Source: Planctomycetota bacterium
GTDB taxonomy: Bacteria; Planctomycetota; JAJSAM01; JAJVHW01
Reading direction: 5' to 3'
DNA: 64,000 nt
Assembly: GCA_022072415.1 (NCBI GenBank)
Contig: JAJVHW010000063.1
Location: 12,358 to 76,357 of the forward strand
Shown here: positions 29,730-40,302 of the stretch, piece after piece
Numbering within the stretch: position 1 is the stretch's first letter
Layout: every line of letters begins with the position of its first letter
Position numbers and translations under genes: made by a program
The notes under the pieces: model-generated
The model's input: only the letters and a program-made list of their open reading frames with translations
Told to the model about the DNA's origin: nothing
Databases searched by the model: none

Positions 29730-30983
29730 TCAGAACCTCCACATCACGATGAACTGCCAACTGTCCTCGATCGGCACCTGGTGCACCACGCCGCCCTGCG
29801 GACGGTCCATCCACTTCACGTAGTGGATCATGAAGTCCACGTTCTGCGTGACCGCCGCGGTCACGCCGCCGAGGTACATGACGCTCCGCGCGCCCGGGTC
29901 GTGCAGCGTCGCCGCCGTGCGGTGCCCGTACACCTGGATCGGCCCCATCTGGTACGACGCGCCGATCGTCGTCTCGGTTCGCTCGTCGCTCGGCCCGCCC
30001 GAGAGATAGTGCGGGTTCCCGCGCACGCCGGTCTCTCGCGCGAGCTCGCCGAACACGCGGAGGGGCCCGGTCACGTACGCCGCGTCGATCGCCGCCGCCT
30101 TCGTGTGCTCGTCGTGGATGCCGTCGCGCTCGATCTCGCCGTACTGCGCCGACAGCCCGAGCTGCACGACCTCGCCCGCGCAGATCGTGCGCGTCGCCAG
30201 CGCGCGGAGGTTGATCGTCGTGTCCTCCTCCTCGTGCGGGTTCCACTCCGGGTCCGCGAAGGGGAACGAGCCGTTCACGCGGTCCTCGTCCACGAACACC
30301 TGCGTGAACGCGTCGATCTTCGTGCGCTCATCCCACTGGTACGTCTTCTCGAGCGACACGCCGCGGTCCGGGTCGAACTTCTGCCCGTTGTAGTAGCCGA
30401 TCGTGCCCCACCAGCTCGTGTCCCAGTCGAAGCCGAAGCGCTTCCAGATCTGCCCCGCCTTGAGCCGGCCCCAGTCGGTGTCGATCCACGCGTAGAGTTC
30501 CCAGAACCACGCGGTGTGGTTGATGAACGGACGGAACCTGTCGTCGTGGTCGCGGAAGCGGAACTCCGCGTGGAGGCCCATCTTCGTGCCGTCGTCGGCC
30601 GTGATCTCCGGGTCGAGCAGCGCCGCGTAGAGCAGCGTCCCGCGCGCCTCCTCGCGGCCGTAGATGAAGTTCCGCCGGTGCTCGCGGTTCATGTGCCAGA
30701 CGTGGATCGCGTAGAGCGAGAGCGGGATGCCTGTGTCCTTCTTCCACTTCTGGAACGCCGCCGACGCGTCGTCCACGAACGTGTCCTCGAAGAGCACCGC
30801 GCGCTTCGGCGGACCGGCGGGCGCCTCCGTCTGGACGACCGCGGCCGCGGCCTCCTCGCGCGCGGGGGCTGCGTCGTCGGCGAACGCCGGCGTTGCCTCT
30901 GCGCCGAGCGCGGCGAGCGCCGCGAACGCCGCGACGGCCATGGCACGGCCCGCCGCAACGCCCGTTGCGTGATGGAATCGCAT
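29730..30983 (-). CDS. Putative outer-membrane beta-barrel porin
   Basis: Start at MRFHH (ATG ending at 30983). Signal peptide ...AALGAEA. The pattern is aromatic-rich and alternating, and the C-terminal residue is Phe (FIVMWRF). Confidence 0.55.
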   Translation of the reverse strand: MRFHHATGVAAGRAMAVAAFAALAALGAEATPAFADDAAPAREEAAAAVVQTEAPAGPPKRAVLFEDTFVDDASAAFQKWKKDTGIPLSLYAIHVWHMNREHRRNFIYGREEARGTLLYAALLDPEITADDGTKMGLHAEFRFRDHDDRFRPFINHTAWFWELYAWIDTDWGRLKAGQIWKRFGFDWDTSWWGTIGYYNGQKFDPDRGVSLEKTYQWDERTKIDAFTQVFVDEDRVNGSFPFADPEWNPHEEEDTTINLRALATRTICAGEVVQLGLSAQYGEIERDGIHDEHTKAAAIDAAYVTGPLRVFGELARETGVRGNPHYLSGGPSDERTETTIGASYQMGPIQVYGHRTAATLHDPGARSVMYLGGVTAAVTQNVDFMIHYVKWMDRPQGGVVHQVPIEDSWQFIVMWRF

Positions 30984-31171
30984 GAGACCCTCCCGTCGGC
31001 CCTGCGCCCCTCGTGCCCGCGGCCCCGGAGCTCCGCGTGCGGCGCACGGCCGTGTATGCGACCGATTGTGCGCCCCGCTCGGAGCCCAAGTCAACGGCGG
31101 AACCCCGACATTCCGGGCCGGAGCGGCATCCCCGGAGGCGCGCGGGCGCGCAGTCGCCTACACTTTCGCCC

Positions 31172-32512
<1,341 letters not shown>

Positions 32513-32611
32513 TCGAGCGAGCGACCGGGCGCCCCTGCCGCACGCCCGACCGCACCCGGAAGTTCGGCGTTCCCGCCCCTCGCCCTATCCTCGCCCCTCT
32601 GCGCTGGAAGC

Positions 32612-32688
32612 GTCCCCGTAGCTCAGTTGGATAGAGCACCGGTTTCCTAAACCGGGGGTCGGCAGTTCGAATCTGCCCGGGGATACCA
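32612..32688 (+). tRNA. tRNA-Arg (anticodon CCT), CCA encoded
   Basis: The cloverleaf reads directly. Acceptor GTCCCCG/CGGGGAT. D arm GCTC-AGTTGGATA-GAGC. Anticodon stem CCGGT/ACCGG with loop TTCCTAA. Variable loop GGGTC. T arm GGCAG-TTCGAAT-CTGCC. Discriminator A plus CCA. Confidence 0.9.
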
Positions 32689-32804
32689 GCGTCGGGCCGA
32701 TGGGATGCATGCGCTCGAGCGGCCGGGATCGGCCGGCGGAGATCGCGGGCCGTGACGCGGTGTGGTAGCTTGCGGGCACGAGGTTCACCACGAGCAACGC
32801 AACG

Positions 32805-33530
32805 ATGATGCGGGTCGAGAAGTACGCGGCCATCGAGGATGCGCGGGACGTGCCGGCGTACGGCGTGGCGGAGGCGGCGGCCTACCTGCAGATCCCGCCG
32901 ACCACGCTCCGATCGTGGGTCGTGGGGCGCCGGTACCCGGTGCGCGGCGGGAGCCGCCGGTTCGAGCCGCTGATCCGCCCTGCCGGCCGCGACCGCGTGC
33001 TGCTCCTCTCGTTCTTCAACCTCGTCGAGGCGCATGTACTCGACGCGATCCGTCACGTATACCGCATCGACGTGCGTGCTGTGCGCAACGCAATCGACTT
33101 CCTCGAGAAGCGCTTCCACTCCAGGCATCCGCTCGCCGACCGGCCGTTCCTGACCGACGGCAAGGACTTGTTCATCAAGGAACTCGGCCGGCTGATCGCC
33201 GTGTCCGCTGCCGGCCAGACCGCGATGCGGGACGTTCTGGAGGCGCACCTTCGCCGGATCGAGCGCGATGCGGAGGGAGTCGCCGCAGGCCTCTGCCTCT
33301 TCACGCGCGGAGGTCCGCGCACGGCGGATTCGCCGCGGGTGGTGATCGTCGATCCGCGCGTCCACTTCGGCCGGCCGGTGCTCGCCGGCACCGGGATACC
33401 GACGGCGGTGATCGCGGAGCGGTTCAAGGCCGGAGAGTCGATCGAGGAGCTGGTCGCCGACTACGGGCGGAGCGCCGCCGAGATCCAGGAGGCGCTGCGG
33501 TGTGAGCAGTCCGCCCGCGACGCCGCCTGA
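32805..33530 (+). CDS. DUF433-domain antitoxin-like protein with a long N-terminal HTH-like extension (VapB45-type)
   Basis: The C-terminus VHFGRPVLAGTGIPTAVIAERFKAGESIEELVADYGRSAAEIQEALR is the DUF433 pattern. The N-terminus has VPAYGVAEAAAYLQIPPTTLRSWV (HTH-like). It overlaps the next gene by 29 nt. Confidence 0.7.
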   Translation: MMRVEKYAAIEDARDVPAYGVAEAAAYLQIPPTTLRSWVVGRRYPVRGGSRRFEPLIRPAGRDRVLLLSFFNLVEAHVLDAIRHVYRIDVRAVRNAIDFLEKRFHSRHPLADRPFLTDGKDLFIKELGRLIAVSAAGQTAMRDVLEAHLRRIERDAEGVAAGLCLFTRGGPRTADSPRVVIVDPRVHFGRPVLAGTGIPTAVIAERFKAGESIEELVADYGRSAAEIQEALRCEQSARDAA

Positions 33531-33960
33531 CGAGCCGACGTTCTGCATCGACGAGGCGCTGGGAGGCCGGGTCGTCTCCGACGCGCTCGGCAGGGCAGGG
33601 TTTCACGTCGAGCGACTGATCGACCACCATCCGCCAGGCACGGAGGACGCCGTCTGGCTTGCTGACATCGGCCGGCGCGGGTGGATCGTCCTGACCAAGG
33701 TCACGCGCATGCGGTTCCGGCCTACGGAGCAGCTTGCGATCGTGAGGCACGGCGTCCGCGCATTCGCTCTGACCGGCGGCAACATGAGGGCGGCCGAGAT
33801 GGCGGCAGTGTTCCTCGTCGCGATGCCGGCGATGCGGCGGCTGCTGGCGAAGACCCCTCACCCGTTCGTCGCCGCTCTCACGAGAAGCGGCACCGTAGCG
33901 CTCGTCTACCCGAAGTCGACCGGTTCGGCGGCTCCCGCCGGGAGTCCCCGCGACCCGTAG
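33502..33960 (+). CDS. PIN-like (DUF5615 / VapC45-type) toxin-like protein
   Basis: FCIDEALGGRVVSDALGRAGFHVERL ... DAVWLADIGRRGWIVLTKVTRMRFRP follows the pattern of PIN-like partners of DUF433 proteins. GTG start. Confidence 0.6.
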   Translation: MSSPPATPPDEPTFCIDEALGGRVVSDALGRAGFHVERLIDHHPPGTEDAVWLADIGRRGWIVLTKVTRMRFRPTEQLAIVRHGVRAFALTGGNMRAAEMAAVFLVAMPAMRRLLAKTPHPFVAALTRSGTVALVYPKSTGSAAPAGSPRDP

Positions 33961-33969
33961 CCTTCGCAG

Positions 33970-35733
33970 ATGCCCGACCCGCGCCCGATCCCGCCGTCCC
34001 GTGCCGACATCGAAACCGCCGCCGGCAGGCGGAGCTTCGAGCGGGGGCTCGACTACTTCGAGACCGAGCGGGTCGCGTCGCTCGAACCGGCGGGGGACGG
34101 AGTCCGCGCGATCGTCGTCGGGCAGTCGGCGTACGAGGTGACCGTGTCGAGGCGCGACGACGGACTGCGCGGCGACTGCACGTGCCCGGTGGGGTCCGAC
34201 GCCGCGTTCTGCAAGCACTGTGTCGCTGCGGCGCTCGCGTGGATCGACGGGGCGTGGGGCGTGTCGGAGAGCCGGCGGGACGGACATGCGGGCATCGAGG
34301 CGTACGTCCGCGCGCTGCCGCACGAGCGCCTCGTCAAGTACGTGCTCACACTCGCGATCGAGGACGACCGCGTGCGAAAGGACCTCGAGTGCCGGGCGGA
34401 AGCCGCAGCCACGGCCGAGTCGGCCGCGCAGCCGGACGTGAAGCGGCAGAAGAGGGCCCTCTCCCGCGCGATCCGACCGAACGGGTTCGTCGACTACCAC
34501 GAAGCGCACGAGTACACGCGCGGCGTGGAGCGCGCGATCGACTCGATCGACACCGTGCTCGCCGCGGGCGCGGCCGGCGCCGCGGTGGAACTCGCCGAGC
34601 ACGCGCTCACGCTCTGCGAGGAGGCGATCGGCTCGATGGACGATTCTTCCGGGGAGATGGGATCGATCCTCCGCCGCCTGGAGGCGCTGCACCACTCCGC
34701 GTGCGTGGCGGCGCGCCCGGACCCGGCGGCTCTTGCGCGGCGCCTCCATGACTGGCGGTTGCGGACCGGGTACGACGTCTTCCACCACTTCCCCCTGCAG
34801 TACGCCGACGTGCTCGGCCCCGCCGGACTCGCCGTGGCGGAGTCGCTCCTCCGCGAAGCGTGGGAGCGGCTGCCCGCCCTGCGACCCGGGGCGGACTCGA
34901 GAGAGCGGTGGGGCGAGCGGTACAAGCTCCAGAGCGGAATGGAGGAGTTCGCGACGCTCTCGGGAGACACGGACCGGCTGGTCGCCGTGATGCAGAAGGA
35001 CCTCTCGGTGCCGTACAACTTCACGCGCATCGCCGACGTGCTGCGCCGCGCCGGGCGGACCGCCGACGCCATCGCGTGGTGCGAGCGGTGCCGGACCGAG
35101 CTCGAGAACGAGCGCCACGATCCGCGCCTGATCGAACTCCTCGCCGCCCTCTACGCGGAGTCCGGCCGCGCCGAAGACGGGCTGGGTCTCCTCTGGCGGG
35201 CGTTCGACGAGAAGCCGGGTGCCGCCGAGTACGGGCGGTTCCGCGAGCACGCGACGGCCGCGAAGGCGTGGCCTGCGTGGCGGGACCGGGCCATCGCGCG
35301 CCTCGAGCGGCAGGTCCGCGAACGCTGCCGGAAGGACGGTTCGCCGCGGGCGGGAGAACGGCACTGGGACGCATCGTCGGCGCGCGACACGCTGGTGCGT
35401 GCGCTCCTCGGCGAGGGTCGGCGCGACGCCGCATGGAGGGTGGCGCACGAGGGAGAGTGCGGGGAGGGCATCTGGACCGAACTCGCGGCGTCGCGCGAGT
35501 CCGACGATCCGGCCGGCGCCATCGAAGCATGGGGGCGCGTCCTGGCACCGCTCCTCGCCCACGCCAGCCCGTCGACCTATCTGCGCGCGGCCCAACTCGT
35601 GGCCCGCGTGCGCGGACTCCATGCCCGCGCGTCCGGAGCCGACGCCGCCGCGCAGTACGTCGCCGGCGTCCGCGAGGCATGCAAGCGAAGGTCGAGATTC
35701 CTGAAGGAACTCGACGCGGCGCTCCGGCGGTGA
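33970..35733 (+). CDS. SWIM zinc-finger protein with a long alpha-helical C-terminal region
   Basis: SWIM motif CTCPVGSDAAFCKHCVAAAL (CxC...CxH) sits near the N-terminus after a beta-rich segment. A ~480-aa helical region follows. The start lies 9 nt after the upstream stop. Confidence 0.75.
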   Translation: MPDPRPIPPSRADIETAAGRRSFERGLDYFETERVASLEPAGDGVRAIVVGQSAYEVTVSRRDDGLRGDCTCPVGSDAAFCKHCVAAALAWIDGAWGVSESRRDGHAGIEAYVRALPHERLVKYVLTLAIEDDRVRKDLECRAEAAATAESAAQPDVKRQKRALSRAIRPNGFVDYHEAHEYTRGVERAIDSIDTVLAAGAAGAAVELAEHALTLCEEAIGSMDDSSGEMGSILRRLEALHHSACVAARPDPAALARRLHDWRLRTGYDVFHHFPLQYADVLGPAGLAVAESLLREAWERLPALRPGADSRERWGERYKLQSGMEEFATLSGDTDRLVAVMQKDLSVPYNFTRIADVLRRAGRTADAIAWCERCRTELENERHDPRLIELLAALYAESGRAEDGLGLLWRAFDEKPGAAEYGRFREHATAAKAWPAWRDRAIARLERQVRERCRKDGSPRAGERHWDASSARDTLVRALLGEGRRDAAWRVAHEGECGEGIWTELAASRESDDPAGAIEAWGRVLAPLLAHASPSTYLRAAQLVARVRGLHARASGADAAAQYVAGVREACKRRSRFLKELDAALRR

Positions 35734-35867
35734 CGGATACGCGTCGAACCAGGCCTCTCTGATTCGCTGGACGCTTCGAAGGCGCCCCCGCGCGACCTCC
35801 CGCCGCGCGTGTTGACGCGGCGGCGGATACAGCGCTTGGAGAGCGCCAGATAGGGTGTCGCTGCCGG

Positions 35868-36125
35868 TCAGCACCGGACCGTCTCCACGAGCGCGTCCAG
35901 CGCGGCCCGGGCGCGCTCGTCGGTCTCGTCGCGCAGGCTGAGCCGCAGCGAGAGCGGGTCCACGATGTCGCTCTCGGTCAGAAGGAGCGGGTCGTACGCC
36001 CACGCCTCGACCACGGTTGCCGGCTCATCGTCGGGTGCGCCGTCGAGCACCGCCCGACTCGCGAGCGCATGACTCAGCGCGCGTCGGCCGACCGAGACGG
36101 TCCTCGCGCGCGGCTCACCGAGCAT
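35868..36125 (-). pseudogene. Small ORF or gene remnant (85 aa), possibly the C-terminal piece of an AbiEi-like antitoxin
   Basis: GC3 is high in this frame. The open frame is closed by a stop only 11 codons upstream of the ATG. The tail DIVDPLSLRLSLRDETDERARAALDALVE is reminiscent of AbiEi-family C-termini, a weak recollection from memory. Confidence 0.3.
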
Positions 36126-36252
36126 CGCCTTCCGCGCGAGCGCGGTCAGCCCCGCGTCGAGGGCGGTCCGATGCGCCTCTGGTCACCGGGTTCAATACTG
36201 CGGCGCCCGTTTCCGTGCGTCGTCCGCTCGCGGAAGAGGGGATCATCGCGAG

Positions 36253-37170
36253 ATGTCCGAGCAGCGCCCAGGTGCGGGGCCGATCGACCTTCAATGGCTT
36301 CGCAACCGATTCGCCAGCCTGAACCGCTCGCGCGACGGGCCCGAACTTGCGCCACACAAGCCGCTCGCGCTGCTGGCGGCGTTGGGGAACGCGCAGCGGG
36401 GCGACCGCTCGATCCGGTTCAACGAACTAGGCCACACTCTGCGTCGCCTGATCCATTCGTTCGGTGGCGCGCACTGGGACAGCGGAAACGTGCGCGATCC
36501 GATCTGGAGGCTGCAGACCGACGGGATCTGGCAGGTGTCCGACGTGCATCGGATCGAGATGGAGGCGAGCAAGCGCCGGCCGAGCGTGGTGTCGTTGCGC
36601 CACGTGAATCCGGAGACGTACTTCACGACCGAGGTCGTCGATGCGTTTCGCAGCCATCCCGAGTGGATCGCGGTGCTCGCGCGAGACCTTCTCGATGCGA
36701 ACTTCTCGCCGTCGCTGCACGCTGCCATCGCGCACGCTGCAGGCATCGTGCTGGCGCCGCACCGCGTCAGCCGAACCGCGCTCGCCCGCGATGCGAAGTT
36801 CCGGAATGTGGTCCTGGACGCCTACGGGTCGCGATGCGCGATCTGCGGATACGACGATCAGCTCGGTGGCGATCCTCTCGCCCTCGAGGCGGCGCACGTC
36901 CAGTGGCACTGCGCGGGCGGCCCTTCGACTCTCGCCAACGGACTCTGCCTCTGTGCGATCCATCACGTCGCGTTCGACAGCGGCGCGCTGTGCATCTCGA
37001 CCGAGCGCGTGGTCGTGGTGTCCGCCGACGTGAAGTCCGGCGCGAGAGGGTCGGCCACGCTCGCCGGATTCAGCGGTCGCCCCTTGGCATCCCCTCGCCA
37101 TGGCGATGCTGTTTCGCAAGGCTTCCTGGAGTGGCATCGGAAGGTTCGGTTCCGGGAACCGGCAGCCTGA
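36253..37170 (+). CDS. Phosphorothioate-DNA-sensing SBD-HNH type IV restriction endonuclease homologue (ScoMcrA/SprMcrA-like)
   Basis: N-terminus APHKPLALLAALGNAQRG...IRFNEL and DPIWRLQTDGIWQV (sulfur-binding-domain-type region). C-terminal HNH: CAICGYDDQLGGDPLALEAAHVQWHCAGGPSTLANGLCLCAIHHVAFDSG. It ends with FLEWHRKVRF, as in this family. Confidence 0.8.
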   Translation: MSEQRPGAGPIDLQWLRNRFASLNRSRDGPELAPHKPLALLAALGNAQRGDRSIRFNELGHTLRRLIHSFGGAHWDSGNVRDPIWRLQTDGIWQVSDVHRIEMEASKRRPSVVSLRHVNPETYFTTEVVDAFRSHPEWIAVLARDLLDANFSPSLHAAIAHAAGIVLAPHRVSRTALARDAKFRNVVLDAYGSRCAICGYDDQLGGDPLALEAAHVQWHCAGGPSTLANGLCLCAIHHVAFDSGALCISTERVVVVSADVKSGARGSATLAGFSGRPLASPRHGDAVSQGFLEWHRKVRFREPAA

Positions 37171-37248
37171 GCCGACGTCTCTCGTGCGATCGGCGCCGCA
37201 CGCGAGCGGATGGTCCCCGTCGCGGGCCGGGGAGGCGTCGGGCTGCCG

Positions 37249-38745
37249 TTACCCTCCGCGGAGTCTTCGCACGCGAACCACCTGGCGCGACACGTGGTCG
37301 CCGTTCAGGCCGCGCACGTCGAACACCGGAGCGTCGAAGCCGAGGATGCGCGACTCGACGAGCACGGCGGCGGAGATGGACGCGCCCGGCGGGGACGACC
37401 TGTGGGGCGCCGGCGGCGCGGCGGGGTCCGAGCCCCGGCCGATCTCGTAGACGCGCATCGAGCAATCCACCGGCGGCGGCTCGGGGAAGCCGGGCGGGCG
37501 GACGAAGCGGCGGGGGTTGGCTTCGTCCCAGCGACGGTCTGCTGCGTCGAGCGCTGCGTCGAGTTCGGCGGGGAGCGCCGTCGGGGCCGAGGCGAGCGCG
37601 TGCTCGCCCACGATCGTGATCGTGTCGCGGTCGCGCCGGACGAACGCGCCGTGGACCGCGCCGAAGTCGCCGACAAGCCGGGTGTGGGGGCCGAAGGGCG
37701 ACGGCCAGTCGGGGAGCGGGGGGAGCGGGATGGCGGCGATCGGGGTGTTCGCCGACGTCTGCGGGATCCGGGGCCCCTGCGGTTGCATGCGGATCGCCAT
37801 GCGCATCGCGAGGATGCCGTCTTCGAACGACGTCTCGGCGGTGATGCCCGGCGGTCCGTCCGGAGTGTCGAGGTCGCTGCTCTCCGATGTGTCGGGGCTC
37901 GGCGGCGGGGGCGGATGCCGCAGCAACCGCTCGACCTCGCGCCGCACTGCGGCGACGGCTTCGTCCCGCGTCGCGCCCAACCCGACCGCGCGTCCGGTCC
38001 ACCCGTCGGCCGCGACCCAGCGCGCCTCCGGGGGGATCGCCACTCCGAAGAGCGCCATGCGGAACGCAAGGAGTGCGCAGTTCCACGCGCCGAGCGGGCC
38101 GCCGGGAAGCCGTACCGGCATGAGGAGCCGCCCGGGACCGTGCCGTGTCGTGTCCACGGATGCGACGAACCCCGCCAGCAGTTCCATCGGAGCCGCGCTT
38201 CGAGCGGCGAGCGCCGGGATCACGCCGGCAAGCGCCTCGCGGGGCGGGGAACTCGACGACGTCTCGAACCACCGGCCGTCGCCGCCGTACCGGACCGCCA
38301 CCTCCTGCCTCCCGTCGCGGAGCTCGAGCCGTCCCGGCCCGAGTCCGCGGAGTCGCGGCGCGACGCCCGGACGCGGAGGGATCTCCACGTACACGCCCGG
38401 CACGCTCGTGAGCGCGGGTGACGGCCCGTCCGGTCCGCCGCGGACGACGGTTGCGATCGGCCACGGCGCGAACCACCCGCTTCCGCGGCCGCCCATGCCG
38501 GAGATGCCCTCGGCCTCGCCGCCGTCGTGCGCAGCGTCCGCGGCCTCGCACCGGTAGAGCGTGCGCGCCTGAACCTCGCCTTCCGGCGACGTCCACGTCT
38601 GCACCCACGCCGTCGCTCCCATTGCATCGGCCGCCATCTCGAACATCATCTCCGCATGCACGCGCGTCGCGGCCGCGTCGCGGATCGCGAACGCGGAGCG
38701 GAACTCGTCGTCCGTCGGAAACGTGGGGCGCGGAGATGACGTCAT
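37249..38745 (-). CDS. Hypothetical protein (498 aa), no recognisable domain
   Basis: Long ORF with ordinary composition (W/F/M/D/E present) and high GC3. A Pro-rich linker sits in the middle. No motif recognised. Confidence 0.45.
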   Translation of the reverse strand: MTSSPRPTFPTDDEFRSAFAIRDAAATRVHAEMMFEMAADAMGATAWVQTWTSPEGEVQARTLYRCEAADAAHDGGEAEGISGMGGRGSGWFAPWPIATVVRGGPDGPSPALTSVPGVYVEIPPRPGVAPRLRGLGPGRLELRDGRQEVAVRYGGDGRWFETSSSSPPREALAGVIPALAARSAAPMELLAGFVASVDTTRHGPGRLLMPVRLPGGPLGAWNCALLAFRMALFGVAIPPEARWVAADGWTGRAVGLGATRDEAVAAVRREVERLLRHPPPPPSPDTSESSDLDTPDGPPGITAETSFEDGILAMRMAIRMQPQGPRIPQTSANTPIAAIPLPPLPDWPSPFGPHTRLVGDFGAVHGAFVRRDRDTITIVGEHALASAPTALPAELDAALDAADRRWDEANPRRFVRPPGFPEPPPVDCSMRVYEIGRGSDPAAPPAPHRSSPPGASISAAVLVESRILGFDAPVFDVRGLNGDHVSRQVVRVRRLRGG

Positions 38746-38790
38746 GGCCGGGATCCTACGGGAACGTCGCGCCGGCGGCGCCTCGGCCGT

Positions 38791-40302
38791 TCACCGCACT
38801 CGCGCCGGCGCAACGGCGAATGCGGTCGCACCGGCGGCTTCGCACGTTTCGAGCAGCGCGCCGGACGTCTCGAGTGCGGCGCGGACGGAGTCGCGCGTGG
38901 CGTGGTCCTCGCGGCCTGCGATCGCGAAGACGAGCCAGACGCGCGGGGCCGGCGCGGCGGAGCGGAGGGCGGTGAGGACGGCGGCGGCGTCTTCGGGGGG
39001 TGCGGAGAAGGTGCGCAGTTCGAGCGAGGCGGCGGCGGGGATGCGCGCGGCGTAGTAGCGATAGACCTGGAGGGCGGTCGGGGTGGCGATGACGCAGTCG
39101 CCGGAGCGGGCGGCGCGGGCGATGTCGGCGACGAGGGTGCGGATGTCCTGCTTCGCCGGGGGACGGACGGCCGTGTAGAGGGCCTTCGCGGCGTTCGGGA
39201 GGAGCACCGCGGCGATGAGGACGAGGGCGGCGGCGCGGCGGAGGCGCGTGCCGCGGAGGGCGTCGGCGAACAGAAAGCCGGAGAGAGCGGCGACGGCGGG
39301 TGCGGCGAAGTAGAGGTGGCGGTGGGCGAACGGGTACTGCTGGAGCGCGGAGGCAGCGAGGGCGAGAGCGACGGGGCCGGCCAGGAGGACCCAGGCGGCG
39401 CGCCGGTCCGGTGCGGGGGCGAGCGAGGAGCGGGCGCGAGATCCGCGGAGCGCTTCCACCGCGAGCACGGCGACGGCAGCAGTGGCGACGGCGGAGACGA
39501 TCGCGCCGTCGGGCGGGGCGACGAGCGCGCCGAACGCGTCCGGAAGGTGCGATGCGAGCCATCCGGGGATCGAGACCGGGTCGTGGATGGGGACGAAGTC
39601 GCGGATCCACCACGCGCGCATGGGGCCGGGCGGCGTCATCTGCGGGAGGACGATGCCGTGGAGCACCGACGCGGAGACCAGCCACGGGAGTCCGACCGCG
39701 GCGGCGTCACGGACGCGCACGCCTGGCGCCCCTGCGATCCAGCGCGCGGCTAGGATCGGGAGGACGACGAACGACGCGGGGAAGGAGAGCCACGGCGCGA
39801 CTGCGCAGGCCGCGGCGAGCGCGAAGGTGCGGCGGCCGGTCGTCGCGCGGTTGGCGAGGAGGAGGAGCGCCGAGCAGGCGAGGACGTCCGATGCGTAGTG
39901 CTTCTCGAGCGCCGTGTAGTCGATCATCCGCCAAGCGGTCGCGAGGATCGCCGTGGCGACGAGGCCCGCCGCCGGCTCGAGCACGCGACGGGTCCACGAG
40001 GCGAAGAGGACGAGCGCGCCGCATCCGGCGGCGAAGGGCACGGCGCGGAGCGCGGTCTCGCCGTCGCCGAGCAGCGTCGTCGCGATCTTGACGAGGAGGA
40101 GATGGAGCGGCGGGGCGGCCTGGACGTACTCGAGCGGGCGGAGGAGGTCGCCGAACCCGCGCTCGGTGACGTTCAGAGCGAGGGCGTCGGTGTAGAGCGA
40201 GGGGTTCCACGCGAGGCGCACGGCGCGGAATGCCATCCCGGCCGCCACGATCGCGTGAAGGATGCGGACGTGGCGCGGCGTCCAGCCCGAGTCGTTCGTC
40301 AT
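38791..40302 (-). CDS. Polytopic membrane glycosyltransferase-like protein (ArnT/GT39-like)
   Basis: Start at MTNDSGW (ATG ending at 40302) within the 882-aa ORF. About 11 hydrophobic segments are followed by a soluble C-terminal domain. The pattern resembles dolichyl-phosphate-mannose/ArnT-type transferases. Confidence 0.65.
   Translation of the reverse strand: MTNDSGWTPRHVRILHAIVAAGMAFRAVRLAWNPSLYTDALALNVTERGFGDLLRPLEYVQAAPPLHLLLVKIATTLLGDGETALRAVPFAAGCGALVLFASWTRRVLEPAAGLVATAILATAWRMIDYTALEKHYASDVLACSALLLLANRATTGRRTFALAAACAVAPWLSFPASFVVLPILAARWIAGAPGVRVRDAAAVGLPWLVSASVLHGIVLPQMTPPGPMRAWWIRDFVPIHDPVSIPGWLASHLPDAFGALVAPPDGAIVSAVATAAVAVLAVEALRGSRARSSLAPAPDRRAAWVLLAGPVALALAASALQQYPFAHRHLYFAAPAVAALSGFLFADALRGTRLRRAAALVLIAAVLLPNAAKALYTAVRPPAKQDIRTLVADIARAARSGDCVIATPTALQVYRYYAARIPAAASLELRTFSAPPEDAAAVLTALRSAAPAPRVWLVFAIAGREDHATRDSVRAALETSGALLETCEAAGATAFAVAPARVR

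Noticed and set aside
36183-36205. The sequence gggttcaatactgcggcgccc, resembling the tRNA-Arg T-arm/3' end (gcagttcgaatctgcccgggg), as a possible attR of an island
   Set aside because: Only about 9 of 12 core positions match, and there is no integrase. This is too weak to call a direct repeat. It is kept only as something to test computationally.
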